Shown here one piece after another: positions 55,738 to 64,000 of a stretch of DNA of 64,000 nt. The translations under genes were made by a program, and so were the position numbers. Within the stretch, counting starts at the first letter, position 1. Every line of letters begins with the position of its first letter. Under the pieces are notes generated by a model that was not told the origin of the DNA, made no database searches, and saw only the letters and a list, made by a program, of their open reading frames with translations. The DNA comes from a bacterium (lineage in GTDB: Bacteria > Verrucomicrobiota > Kiritimatiellia > SPBP01): assembly GCA_037135275.1 (NCBI GenBank), contig JBAXKQ010000001.1:1172-65171 (forward strand), in the 5' to 3' direction.

Positions 55738-57465
55738 TTACCCTCCTCCACCGGTCACCTTCACAATGGTCTCTATGCTGGTGTCGCCGTCAGCCACCTT
55801 CTGGAGCCCAGCCTTCCGCAAAGTCACCATGCCTCGCTGTTCCGCCTGATCCCGTATGTCGTCGGCCACGTCCTGCCTGATGATGGCCGAGCGCACCTCT
55901 TCATCGATTGGCAGGACTTCCATTATGGACGCCCGGCCTTTGAAACCTGTGTTGTTGCACTTCGGACAGCCCACGGGGCCGAAAACCTTGCGCCCCTCGA
56001 AGATCGTCGGGTTCACCCCGTTGTCCTTGAGAAAAGCGAGCGGCAGTTCGATCTCCTTCTTGCAGACCGGGCAAAGCCGTCGGTACAGCCTCTGGGCCTG
56101 CGCCAGAATCACCGAGGAGGCAAGCAGGAACGGCTCGGTCCCCATGTCGAGCAGGCGGGTGATTGTGCTTGCGGCATCGTTGGCGTGAAGGGTGCTGAGC
56201 ACAAGATGGCCGGTCAAGGCTGCCTTGATTGCTATTTCTGCGGTTTCTCCGTCACGAATCTCACCAATGAGAATTATGTCCGGATCTTGACGCAGGATTG
56301 CGCGCAGGGCCGCGGCAAAAGTACACCCGACGTCAGGGCTGATTTTCACCTGTATGATGCCGGGAATCTGGTACTCAACCGGGTCTTCACAGGTCACCAG
56401 ATTCACGTCCAGTTTATTGAGCTCCTGGAGGCACGAGTACAGGGTTGTGGTCTTCCCGCTGCCTGTTGGGCCTGAGACCAGTATGATTCCGTGGGGCTGC
56501 TCGATGGCATAGCTGAGGGCGTCGTGCGCCTGCTTGTTCAACCCCAGCGCGGCCAGGTTCGGAAACAGACCGCTCTTGTCCAGGGTACGCATCACGACCC
56601 TGCCGCCGAAGATGGTGGGTAGCACGCTGACGCGGACGTCAATTGCTTTCCCGAGTGCCTTGATCCTGAACCGTCCATCCTGCGGAATGCGGTGTTCGCC
56701 GATGTCCAGATCGGCCATGATCTTGACACGCGAGATAATCGCGTTTTGAAGGGCTTTGGGCAGGTTTGGTCGCTCTATCAGCACACCGTCAACACGGTAG
56801 CGCAAGCGTACGTAGTCTTCCTGCGGTTCGATGTGAATGTCATTCGCCCTGAGACGCACCGACTCAAGGAGAATAGTGTTCACCATGCGGATGACCGGCC
56901 CCTCCTCGGCACCATCCTTCATGGCATCAGCACTGACCGCGTCCTGCTCCTCCCGCGAGCCCACCTGCAGTTCGTCCTCGGCGGACTTCATGATGTCTTC
57001 CATATCCAGGCCCTTGGCCCCGTCCACTTTGAGCTTGGTGAGAATCTTCTGGATTTCAGATTTGAGCGCAACCAGCGGGGTAATCTCAAGCCCGGTCACC
57101 ATGTGCAGGGTCTCGACGGCCACTATGTCGAACGGATCCCCCATGGCGACAGTGAGCGTCTTGGCCGTCCTTGCGAGCGGAATCGCCTGGTGCTTGGTCA
57201 TGGCCTCGCCGGGAATCGTCGCCAACATCTCGGCATCCGGGGTAAAATGGGCGAGTGAGATCGGCCTCATCTGGAGGTAGTCGGACACCGCAAGCGCGAC
57301 ATTCGCCTCGGAAACCAGCTGCTTGTCGACCAGGTAGACCTCGAGCGGGGTCCCGGAGGAAATGGCATCCTCCTCGGCCTTGTGCATCGCGGCGTTGTCA
57401 ATGAGCTTGCGCGCAATGAGAACGTCCGAGAACTTGCCACCTGACTGTGCTTTCCTGGCCGCCAT
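55738..57465 (-). CDS. type IV pilus assembly / T2SS ATPase (PilB/GspE family)
   Basis: N-terminal GSPII_E_N domain, Walker A GPTGSGKTTT, Asp box, Walker B, His box, and the tetracysteine motif CPVC...CPKC. Confidence 0.9.
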   Translation of the reverse strand: MAARKAQSGGKFSDVLIARKLIDNAAMHKAEEDAISSGTPLEVYLVDKQLVSEANVALAVSDYLQMRPISLAHFTPDAEMLATIPGEAMTKHQAIPLARTAKTLTVAMGDPFDIVAVETLHMVTGLEITPLVALKSEIQKILTKLKVDGAKGLDMEDIMKSAEDELQVGSREEQDAVSADAMKDGAEEGPVIRMVNTILLESVRLRANDIHIEPQEDYVRLRYRVDGVLIERPNLPKALQNAIISRVKIMADLDIGEHRIPQDGRFRIKALGKAIDVRVSVLPTIFGGRVVMRTLDKSGLFPNLAALGLNKQAHDALSYAIEQPHGIILVSGPTGSGKTTTLYSCLQELNKLDVNLVTCEDPVEYQIPGIIQVKISPDVGCTFAAALRAILRQDPDIILIGEIRDGETAEIAIKAALTGHLVLSTLHANDAASTITRLLDMGTEPFLLASSVILAQAQRLYRRLCPVCKKEIELPLAFLKDNGVNPTIFEGRKVFGPVGCPKCNNTGFKGRASIMEVLPIDEEVRSAIIRQDVADDIRDQAEQRGMVTLRKAGLQKVADGDTSIETIVKVTGGGG

Positions 57466-57471
57466 GTAACC

Positions 57472-59196
57472 TCACTCCCCGCCCGTAACCTCGAGCGCAC
57501 CCTCGAGGCTCGTGATGCCAATCCTTGCCTTATCCAGCCCAATCTCCTTGAGGGTCATCATGCCCTGGGATTTCGCCTTGATGGCGATTTCCTTTGAGCT
57601 GACCCCGCGAAGGATGTCCCTGCGCAATTCCCGGTTGATGGCCATGACTTCCATGATGGCGAGCCGCCCCTTGTAACCGGTGTTGTGGCATCTTGAACAC
57701 CCGCCCGCCTGGAACAAGGTCGCGCCATCGAAAATGGCGGGGTCAATGCTGTAGCTGCGCAATGTATCAATAGGGAGGTCCTTCCGCTCCTTCTTGCAGG
57801 CCTGGCAGAGCTTTCTTACGAGGCGCTGGGCCTGCGCCAGGATGAGCGAGGAGGCGAGGAGTGATGGCTCCACACCCATATCAACCAAACGGGTGATGGC
57901 GCCTGGTGCATCGTTCGTGTGAAGCGTGCTGAGGACAAGATGGCCGGTCAGCGCGGCCTTGATGGCGATGTCGGCCGTTTCGGAGTCGCGCGTCTCGCCC
58001 ACAAGGATAACGTCAGGGCTCTGACGAAGCACCGACCGGAGAGCCGCCGCAAATGTCAGCCCCACAAATGAGTTGATCTGCACCTGGTTGATGCCCGGCA
58101 ACTGATATTCCACCGGATCCTCGCAGGTCAGGATATTCACGTCCGGCTGGTTCATCTCCATGAGGCAGGAATAGAGCGTCGTGGTCTTTCCGCTGCCGGT
58201 GGGCCCTGTCACATAGATGATACCGTAGGGTTGCGAGATGCCGTACTTCATTGTCCTGTAGGCCTGCTCGTCAAGCCCGAGCGCGCCAAGGTTCGGAAAC
58301 AGCGCAGTCTTGTCAAGTATGCGCATACAGACCTTCTCGCCGAAGATCGTCGGCAGCGTGCTCACGCGAAGGTCCACTTCCTTGCCGAGCGCCCGTATCT
58401 TTATGCGGCCGTCCTGCGGAATACGCCTCTCCGCGATATCCATGCCGGACATGATCTTCATGCGCGAAAGCACCGCCCCCTGCAAACTCTTCGGCGGGTT
58501 TGGTCGCTCCATCAGAGAGCCGTCGATGCGGTACCGCAGCCTGAGCGCCTTTTCCTGGGGTTCGAGATGAATATCACTCGCGCCGGTCCTGAGCGACTCA
58601 AGCAGGATGGCGTTGACCATACGAACCACCGGCGCCGTATCCATGGATTCCATGTCGATGCTCGACTTGTCCTCGTCCTCGATCTTCTCCTGCCCGACTT
58701 CCAGGTCGGCATCAGCCTCCTTGAGCAGGTCCTCCATCTTGACGCCGTCGCCCGATTCCGGAAAGAAACGCTCGAACACATCGGCTATCTCTTTCTCCGC
58801 GGCGACGATGGGGGTGATATCGTACCCCGTGAGAAGCTGTATCTCATCCACGGCTGTGATATTGAACGGGTCGCCAAGCGCAAGAGTGAGGTTTCTACCG
58901 GTCTGCGCGAGGGGGAGAGCAAGGTGTCGCGCCAGGACATTACGTCCGATTTTCTCGATAAGCTGGGGGTTTGGCGTGAAGTGCGCCAGGCTGATGGGGG
59001 GCATCCTGAGATACTCAGAGATGGCGAGGGTCATGTCGGTCGGCGAGACAAGCTTCTTCTCGACAAGGTACCTCTCTATCCTGCCCCCGGCCTCCTTCGC
59101 TGAATCCACGGCCTTCTGCATCTCATCGGGCTTGATAACCCCGCGCCGGAGAAGGATATCACTTATCGTGTTATTCGACCCACCTTTGCCGGCCAT
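57472..59196 (-). CDS. second PilB/GspE-family secretion ATPase (tandem paralogue)
   Basis: Same domain order. Walker A GPTGSGKTTT and tetracysteine CQAC...CSRC. The start is ambiguous: in-frame ATGs sit at 59268, 59235 and 59196. Confidence 0.85.
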   Translation of the reverse strand: MAGKGGSNNTISDILLRRGVIKPDEMQKAVDSAKEAGGRIERYLVEKKLVSPTDMTLAISEYLRMPPISLAHFTPNPQLIEKIGRNVLARHLALPLAQTGRNLTLALGDPFNITAVDEIQLLTGYDITPIVAAEKEIADVFERFFPESGDGVKMEDLLKEADADLEVGQEKIEDEDKSSIDMESMDTAPVVRMVNAILLESLRTGASDIHLEPQEKALRLRYRIDGSLMERPNPPKSLQGAVLSRMKIMSGMDIAERRIPQDGRIKIRALGKEVDLRVSTLPTIFGEKVCMRILDKTALFPNLGALGLDEQAYRTMKYGISQPYGIIYVTGPTGSGKTTTLYSCLMEMNQPDVNILTCEDPVEYQLPGINQVQINSFVGLTFAAALRSVLRQSPDVILVGETRDSETADIAIKAALTGHLVLSTLHTNDAPGAITRLVDMGVEPSLLASSLILAQAQRLVRKLCQACKKERKDLPIDTLRSYSIDPAIFDGATLFQAGGCSRCHNTGYKGRLAIMEVMAINRELRRDILRGVSSKEIAIKAKSQGMMTLKEIGLDKARIGITSLEGALEVTGGE

Positions 59197-59403
59197 GCAG
59201 TCCTCCGATTCAGACAACAACCCCTCCTTTTTCATTATCAGTAAAACACACTTACAATGCCACAACAAAGTGCATGCGCCCTATTTGACTCTTGCAGCCG
59301 CGGATGGGGCCCAGTATATTCGGCGCCGGGTGGGGCATATCTTGTCTGCCGCTCCTCCTGCCTGAGCGTGTCGGGCAGCCCGATCCGAAACTGGAGGTGT
59401 GTG

Positions 59404-60009
59404 ATGGAGACCTGGACAACCTGGTGGGGCAGCCTGAGTTCCCTCAATCATTGGTTCTATGGTGCGGCGTTTTTCTTCAGCTTCTTCTTCCTCTGGCAGT
59501 TCGTCATGTCAATCATCGGCCTTGCGGGCGGAGAGGCACCCCTCGACACGCACGTGGACCCCTCGTGGGAGCACCAGTCGCCGGGTGACGCCGCCGATAC
59601 AGTTGCCGCATTCAAGCTTCTGAGCATACATTCCATCCTGGCATTCCTCACGCTGTTTACATGGGGCGGCGCGCTCTACATGAGCCACGGCGCGACAGTA
59701 TCGTGGTCGCTGGTGTACGCCTTCTGCTGGGGGGTCGCCGCCCTGCTGGTGGTCTCATGGATTCTCTACGGGATGCGCCGCATGACATCGTCGGGCAACA
59801 TGAACCTCGCGGCCTGCGTCGGAACCGAGGGCTCCCTCCACCTTGATATTCCCGCGGACGGCACCGGCGAGATTCGCATCCTGTGCGGAAATGCCACCAC
59901 CCATTTCAAGGCACGCGCCTCTGGCGGCGTTGCCATCAAGGCCGGCACACCGGTGAAGGTGCTGCGGGTCGTCGGTTTGAATACGGTCGAGGTTGAGCCG
60001 GTGAAATAG
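59404..60009 (+). CDS. NfeD-like membrane protein (C-terminal OB-fold β-domain)
   Basis: It has 3–4 TM helices, then GSLHLDIPADGTGEIRILCGNATTHFKARASGGVAIKAGTPVKVLRVVGLNTVEVEP typical of the NfeD short form. It lies directly upstream of a flotillin gene. Confidence 0.55.
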   Translation: METWTTWWGSLSSLNHWFYGAAFFFSFFFLWQFVMSIIGLAGGEAPLDTHVDPSWEHQSPGDAADTVAAFKLLSIHSILAFLTLFTWGGALYMSHGATVSWSLVYAFCWGVAALLVVSWILYGMRRMTSSGNMNLAACVGTEGSLHLDIPADGTGEIRILCGNATTHFKARASGGVAIKAGTPVKVLRVVGLNTVEVEPVK

Positions 60010-60109
60010 CAGCGGATGTCGGGTGGCGCTGGAACACCGGTCGCCGACCTCATGTCACCGGCCACGGATGTTCAACAGCAGAAGCTAGAAAAGGAAAGGA
60101 TAGAACACA

Positions 60110-61603
60110 ATGAGCAGTATTCCGGGCGTGTTTAGCTTGTTTGCAGAGCTGGGTGTGGGGCCTCAGGGGCAGCGTGCGTCGCCCGGGCTCTGGTTGCTCC
60201 TGATCCTCCTTGGCATTTCCATCGGCTTGATCATGCTCTTTGTGCGGCGCTACAAGCGCTGCCCCTCGAACAAGATCCTCGTCATCTACGGAAAGACCGC
60301 CGGCGGCGCGGCAAAGTGCGTCCACGGCGGCGCGGCTTTCGTGTGGCCCCTGCTCCAGGCCTATGACTACCTCGACCTGGAACCCTTCGTGGTGCCGATC
60401 GACCTCTCGAACGCACTCTCCCAGGAAAACATCCGCGTGTCAGTGCCGACTACCGTGACCGCCGCGGTCTCGAACCAGTCGGGCATAATGCAGAACGCCG
60501 CCATCCGCCTGCTCGGCCTCGCCACACAGCAGATCCAGACCCTCGCCACCGATATCATCATCGGCCAGATGCGCGCGGTCATCGCCACAATGAAGATCGA
60601 GGACATCAACCGCGATCGCCAGGCATTCATGGCCAAGGTTAATGAAGCCGTGGCCGTCGAGCTGGAGAAGGTCGGCTTGTCCGTGATCAACGTCAACATC
60701 CGCGACCTTGACGACGAATCCGGATACATCAAGGCCATCGGCCGGAAGGCTGCCGCCGAGGCCATCAACCAGGCCAACGTCGATGTCGCCGAGCAGGAGA
60801 AGCGCGGACAGATGGGCGTGGCAGAACGCAACCGCGACCAGCGTGTAGCGGTTGCGTCGGCAAACGCCGACGCTGAAATCGGCGAAGCCACCGCCACACG
60901 AAACAAGCGTCAACAGGTCGCGAAACTCGATGCCGAGGCTGTGAACTCCGAGACCGATGCCAACGCCAACAAGGCACGCTACCGCGCCACCCAGAAGGTC
61001 GCCGAGGAGGAGTCCCGCAACAAGGGTGAAACCGCCGCCAAGGAGGCGGATGGCTCAATCCGCGTCGCACAGGAAACTGCCCAGAAGAAGGCAGAAGATG
61101 CCCGCGCCCTCCGCGAAACATCCCGCCTGAACGCGGAAATCGTGGTGCCGGCCGAAGCCGACAAGAAGAAAGTCGTCATCGCCGCCGATGCCCAGAGGGA
61201 ACAGTCAGTGCTTATCGCGAAGGGCCAGGCCGAAGCCACCATCGCCAAGATGACGGCGGAAGGCAAGGGTGTCCAGGCTGTGCTGGACGGCAAGGCGATC
61301 GGTTACCGCAACCTCGTGCAGGCGGCAGGCGACCCGCAGGTGGCCGCATCCCTGCTACTGATCGAGAAGCTGACCGAGATAGCCCACGTCCAGGCCCAGG
61401 CCATACAGGACCTGCCCATCGACAAGATCGTCATCTGGGACGGCGGCGGACAGGGTGGCGGCATGAGCGACCTCGGAAAGAAGATCATGGGCGCCCTGCC
61501 CCCGATGCACGAGCTTGCCAAGCAGGTGGGACTGGAAATGCCGGAGTTCCTGGGCAAAATGGCCAGGGACGGGAAAGCGCCGGAAGAGAAGCCGACAAAG
61601 TAG
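60110..61603 (+). CDS. flotillin-like SPFH/Band-7 domain protein (YqiK/FloT-like)
   Basis: N-terminal TM, an SPFH domain, then a long Ala/Glu/Lys-rich coiled-coil flotillin repeat region. 497 aa. Confidence 0.8.
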   Translation: MSSIPGVFSLFAELGVGPQGQRASPGLWLLLILLGISIGLIMLFVRRYKRCPSNKILVIYGKTAGGAAKCVHGGAAFVWPLLQAYDYLDLEPFVVPIDLSNALSQENIRVSVPTTVTAAVSNQSGIMQNAAIRLLGLATQQIQTLATDIIIGQMRAVIATMKIEDINRDRQAFMAKVNEAVAVELEKVGLSVINVNIRDLDDESGYIKAIGRKAAAEAINQANVDVAEQEKRGQMGVAERNRDQRVAVASANADAEIGEATATRNKRQQVAKLDAEAVNSETDANANKARYRATQKVAEEESRNKGETAAKEADGSIRVAQETAQKKAEDARALRETSRLNAEIVVPAEADKKKVVIAADAQREQSVLIAKGQAEATIAKMTAEGKGVQAVLDGKAIGYRNLVQAAGDPQVAASLLLIEKLTEIAHVQAQAIQDLPIDKIVIWDGGGQGGGMSDLGKKIMGALPPMHELAKQVGLEMPEFLGKMARDGKAPEEKPTK

Positions 61604-61805
61604 GCCCCTCCACGTCGCGGCCGGCAGCCGTGTCCCGCGTCGCCATCCAGGCGGCGACGGGACCGGCCACGTGGCTTTTATCCGTGAAAAGCCGGAACAA
61701 ACTTGCCGCGGACAGCGTCCTACCTCATGATGTCAACGGTTCCGGTTCGGGCACGGACGGCAATATCGCCGGCGGCCAGCCCCTGAACCACAAGGAGGAC
61801 TTCCA

Positions 61806-64000
61806 TGAAGACTACCCTTGTTTGCGCCCTGGTTTGCGCCACAGCCCTCGCCGCTGGTGCGGTGAATATGCCGGCGCCCAACGAAGTGGGCACCAGGCAA
61901 AGGGCACAGAAGCTCCACAGCGACGGCAACTTCAAGGATGCGCTGGATCTGTTCCGCCAACTCGCGCTCGATACCAACACCACCCCCGACGAGGTCGGCA
62001 GCGACATGCAGATGGCAGCCTCCTGCCTGCTTGCGCTGAACAGGGATAACGAAAGCGACGAGCTCCGGGAAACATTCGCCGGCATCCATTCCAACAACTG
62101 GCAGGCGCTGCACGCAGCCGGCCGGAATCTCTACAGCGCACAGCATTATGGCACGATGATAGCCGGGAAGTTCGAACGGGGGCCCCACCGCGGCGGCGGC
62201 CGCCAGATGAACAGCTATGAACGTGACCGGTGCCGCGCACTCCAGCTCATGGATAAGGCAATGGCGCTCGGCGAGGCCGCCGCCGCGCAGGATTCCTCAC
62301 CGCGCATGCGGAGCAACCTGGCCGCGTTCATGTTCGAGTACGCGAGGATGTTGGCCGGCCACGGCTTGGGGTACGGCAATGTCGATTCGTGGCGCCTGCA
62401 GTACCTGACGGATCTCTCGAAACTGCCGGATTACGAGGAGGGCTACTGGCGCGGCGGATACGGCGACCCGGCCTCGCCGTGGGGGGCCCCCGTTGATGCC
62501 GCGGGCAACCCGGTTTTCCACAAGGTGCCCGCCAGCTGGGCATCGGCCACTACCGATGGCGAACGATGGCGCCTTCTGTTGGTCATGACGATGGAACTCG
62601 ACCAGAGCCTCACCACCGCCGTCCTGACCGACTATGCCGATTTCCTCCGCCAGCAGTTCGACGTCCAGACGATGGCGGACTACGGCACATTCCTCCGGGA
62701 CACCGATCCTGACGATGCGACCACTGAAAACGCCAGCATGTACCAGCTGCATACCCTGGATGAGGACGAGACCATCGCCAGGCTCGCAACAGGCATCAAG
62801 CGCTTCAGGCTGCCCGAAGACGTCAATTTCCTCACGATCTACCGAAAGGTAGAGGCATGGGACAGGCTCGGCGAGATCTTCGAGAACCGTCGGCAGTACG
62901 ACAAGGCCGCCGAATCCTGGAAGAAGGCAGGCAGGTCCGACAGGGTTGACCAGATCCTCGGCAACTGGGGCCAGTTCGAGCCGGTAGTGACCCACCCGGC
63001 AGGCTGTGAGGCAAGCGTCGAGTTCCGCTTCAGGAACGGCAACAAGGTGAGTTTCACCGCACAGGAAATCAACATCCGCAAGCTCCTCGACGACGTCAAG
63101 TCATACCTCAAATCCAACCCGAAGGAACTGGATTGGCAGAAGCTGGATGTCAAGAACATCGGCTACCGCCTCGTCGAGGGGAACCAGTCCAGGTACGTCG
63201 AGAAGAAGGTCGCGGAATGGGATCTCGACCTCAAACCGCGCCCAATGCATTTCGACAGGCGGATCACCGTCCCTACGCCTCTCAAGAAGGCCGGCGCCTA
63301 CCTGCTGACTGCAAAGATGGCCGACGGCAACACGAGCAAGATCGTCATGTGGCTGGATGACACCGTCATCGTCAGGAAACCGCTCGATAAGAAGGTCCAC
63401 TTCTTCGTCGCCGACGCCATCACCGGTGAGCCTCTCCAGAAGATCAATGTGGAGTTCTTCGGCTACAAGCAGGAGTACCAGTCCACCGGCAGGAACTACA
63501 CCATCACCACCGCCGATTTCGCTGAGTTCACAGACAGTGACGGACAGGTTTTGCCGTCGCAGGCCGACCTCGTCCGGGACTTCGAGTGGCTGATCATGGC
63601 GACCACTCCGCCGGAACAGGGCGGCCGCCTGGCGTACCTCGGCTTCACCGGGGTCTGGTACGGCAATTACCACGACCAGGAGTACAACCAGACAAAGGTC
63701 TTCGGAATCACCGACCGCCCCGTCTATCGGCCCGGCCAGCCGGTCCGCTTCAAGTTCTGGGTCCGCCACACAAAGTACGACCAGGCCGACACGTCGGATT
63801 TCGCCGGGCGCCCGTTTACACTCCGGATCCATGATTCCAAAGGCGAGAAGGTCCTGGAGCGGAATTTCACGGCCGACGACTACGGCGGTTTCGACGGCGA
63901 GTTCGCCCTCCCGGCTGATGCCGCGCTCGGCGTCTACAGCACGGTCCTCCCGGGCACCGGCCAGGGCATCAGTTTCCGTGTCGAGGAGTACAAGAAGCCT
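61806..64000 (+). CDS. large secreted protein, N-terminal part (open to the window end); α2-macroglobulin-like MG-domain architecture suspected
   Basis: Reading frame 3 is open from ATG 61806 to the window end, so it is absent from the ORF table because it has no stop. It has a signal peptide (MKTTLVCALVCATALAAGA). The later β-sandwich-like segments (QPVRFKFWVRH..., FTLRIHDSKGEKVLERNFTADDYGGFDGEFALP) resemble bacterial A2M MG domains. Confidence 0.45.

Noticed and set aside
55720-56475. 251-aa plus-strand ORF antisense to the first pilB, and 58231–59103 antisense to the second pilB
   Set aside because: The sense strand has Walker and tetracysteine motifs. The antisense translations have no motifs.
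62297-63832. Minus-strand ORFs 62297–62995 and 63101–63832 over the terminal region
   Set aside because: The plus-strand frame is continuously open with a signal peptide and β-sandwich-like segments. The minus-strand ORFs are Gly/Val/Asp-rich reverse-complement artefacts.
1-64000. CRISPR arrays, rRNA genes, IS elements, integrases, phage genes, toxin–antitoxin pairs
   Set aside because: None seen. There are no direct-repeat/spacer periodicity and no transposase, integrase or phage structural motifs in any frame. The two tRNAs are the only RNA genes I could fold.

Overview
This is a high-GC, gene-dense stretch of a Gram-negative-type bacterial chromosome. It carries LPS-transport, σ54, type IV pilus and TolC-efflux genes. 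I found about 55 protein genes, two divergent tRNAs (Arg-CCT on the minus strand, Thr-TGT on the plus strand), and no rRNA, CRISPR array or obvious IS or phage element.

Housekeeping and envelope genes:
- A RecN C-terminal fragment, a PiT phosphate transporter, citrate synthase, and an LptF/G – TPR protein – LptE cluster with rpsT.
- An ECF sigma factor with its zinc-finger anti-sigma factor, the nadD–rsfS pair, and a DsbD/CcdA-like protein.
- A 12-kb block of genes all on the minus strand: truA, ruvX, a ManC-like guanylyltransferase, coaX, nadC, and a Wzt/Wzm polysaccharide exporter.
- A YbhGFSR-like six-gene HlyD/ABC/TolC efflux system, a DEAD-box helicase, RmuC, and phosphofructokinase.

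The most interesting region for new biology is 23.0–28.9 kb, continuous with the minus-strand block. It holds an acyl carrier protein, a dedicated ABC-2 exporter, a BtrH_N/DUF4872-type papain-like protein, a small unknown protein, a KAS-III-like condensing enzyme (DarB-like) and a flavodoxin-like DarA-like protein. I read this as a dialkylresorcinol/cyclohexanedione-type lipid biosynthetic island whose product is unknown.

Other notable features:
- A hybrid sensor kinase, a NamZ-like exo-muramidase and a fused MurU–AmgK MurNAc-recycling enzyme are chained by two GTGA start/stop overlaps.
- A σ54-driven type IV pilin locus has a PilR-like activator, a near-consensus −24/−12 promoter, a pilin gene and a clean terminator. 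There is no adjacent PilS kinase. A PAS-DHp protein lacking a catalytic domain sits nearby, followed by two tandem PilB/GspE ATPase paralogs.
- Two tandem BNR-repeat β-propeller paralogs lie beside the divergent tRNAs.
- A 31-bp repeat occurs twice, each time just downstream of a plus-strand gene.

High GC content produces many long antisense ORFs, which I rejected as artefacts.
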